Of a stretch of DNA of 34,743 nt, positions 34,660 to 34,743 are shown piece after piece. The notes under the pieces were generated by a model. The model had not been told where the DNA came from and made no database searches. It saw only the letters and a program-made list of their open reading frames with translations. The stretch is from a virus (lineage: Duplodnaviria > Caudoviricetes), in the IMG/VR virus record IMGVR_UViG_3300020045_006524, positions 1 to 34,743 of that record. The stretch is one strand, 5' to 3'. Position 1 is the stretch's first letter. The number at the start of each line of letters is the position of its first letter. A program made the position numbers and the translations under genes.

Positions 34660-34743
34660 TTAAGTCCAAAAGCCCTCATCATAAGTTTCTGTACATTTAA
34701 TAATCCTATATTTATATTCAGGACTTACTTTTTTTTCATCTTC
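34660..34743 (-). CDS. 3' end of a gene truncated by the window edge (EDEKKVSPEYKYRIIKCTETYDEGFWT*)
   Basis: Open frame from the window end to TAA at 34660-34662. Confidence 0.45.
   Translation of the reverse strand, partial: EDEKKVSPEYKYRIIKCTETYDEGFWT

Noticed and set aside
1-34743. Stop-codon reassignment as seen in some crAss-like phages
   Set aside because: Genes are full length and densely packed under the standard code, and TAA, TAG and TGA all end genes at sensible boundaries

Overview
A fragment of a Bacteroidota-infecting dsDNA phage genome; the gene content resembles crAss-like phages (inference, no database search run). Two converging arms meet near 10.55 kb. The + strand (1-10534) carries a late cassette of fibre/adhesin-like proteins followed by a lysis module (two holin-like proteins, a unimolecular spanin, a Cys-rich protein and a GH46/chitosanase-like endolysin). 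The - strand (10581-34743) carries a replication/recombination module: family A DNA polymerase, DnaA-domain-IV-like protein, dNMP kinase, Dda-like and SF2 helicases, DnaB, AAA_24 ATPase, MazG-like hydrolase, SSB candidate, primase, rIIA/rIIB, HNH nuclease and 5'-3' exonuclease. dnaB is interrupted by a group I intron (22332-23498) whose LAGLIDADG gene sits in the P1 loop and overlaps the ribozyme core; a free-standing GIY-YIG endonuclease gene is also present. The most unusual signal is that the fibre/adhesin-like proteins start with Sec-type signal peptides followed by Gln, and several are rich in the Bacteroidota O-glycosylation sequon D-(S/T)-(A/I/L/V/M/T). This suggests phage fibre-like proteins that are exported to and modified in the host periplasm. 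No tRNA, rRNA, CRISPR array or stop-codon reassignment was seen.
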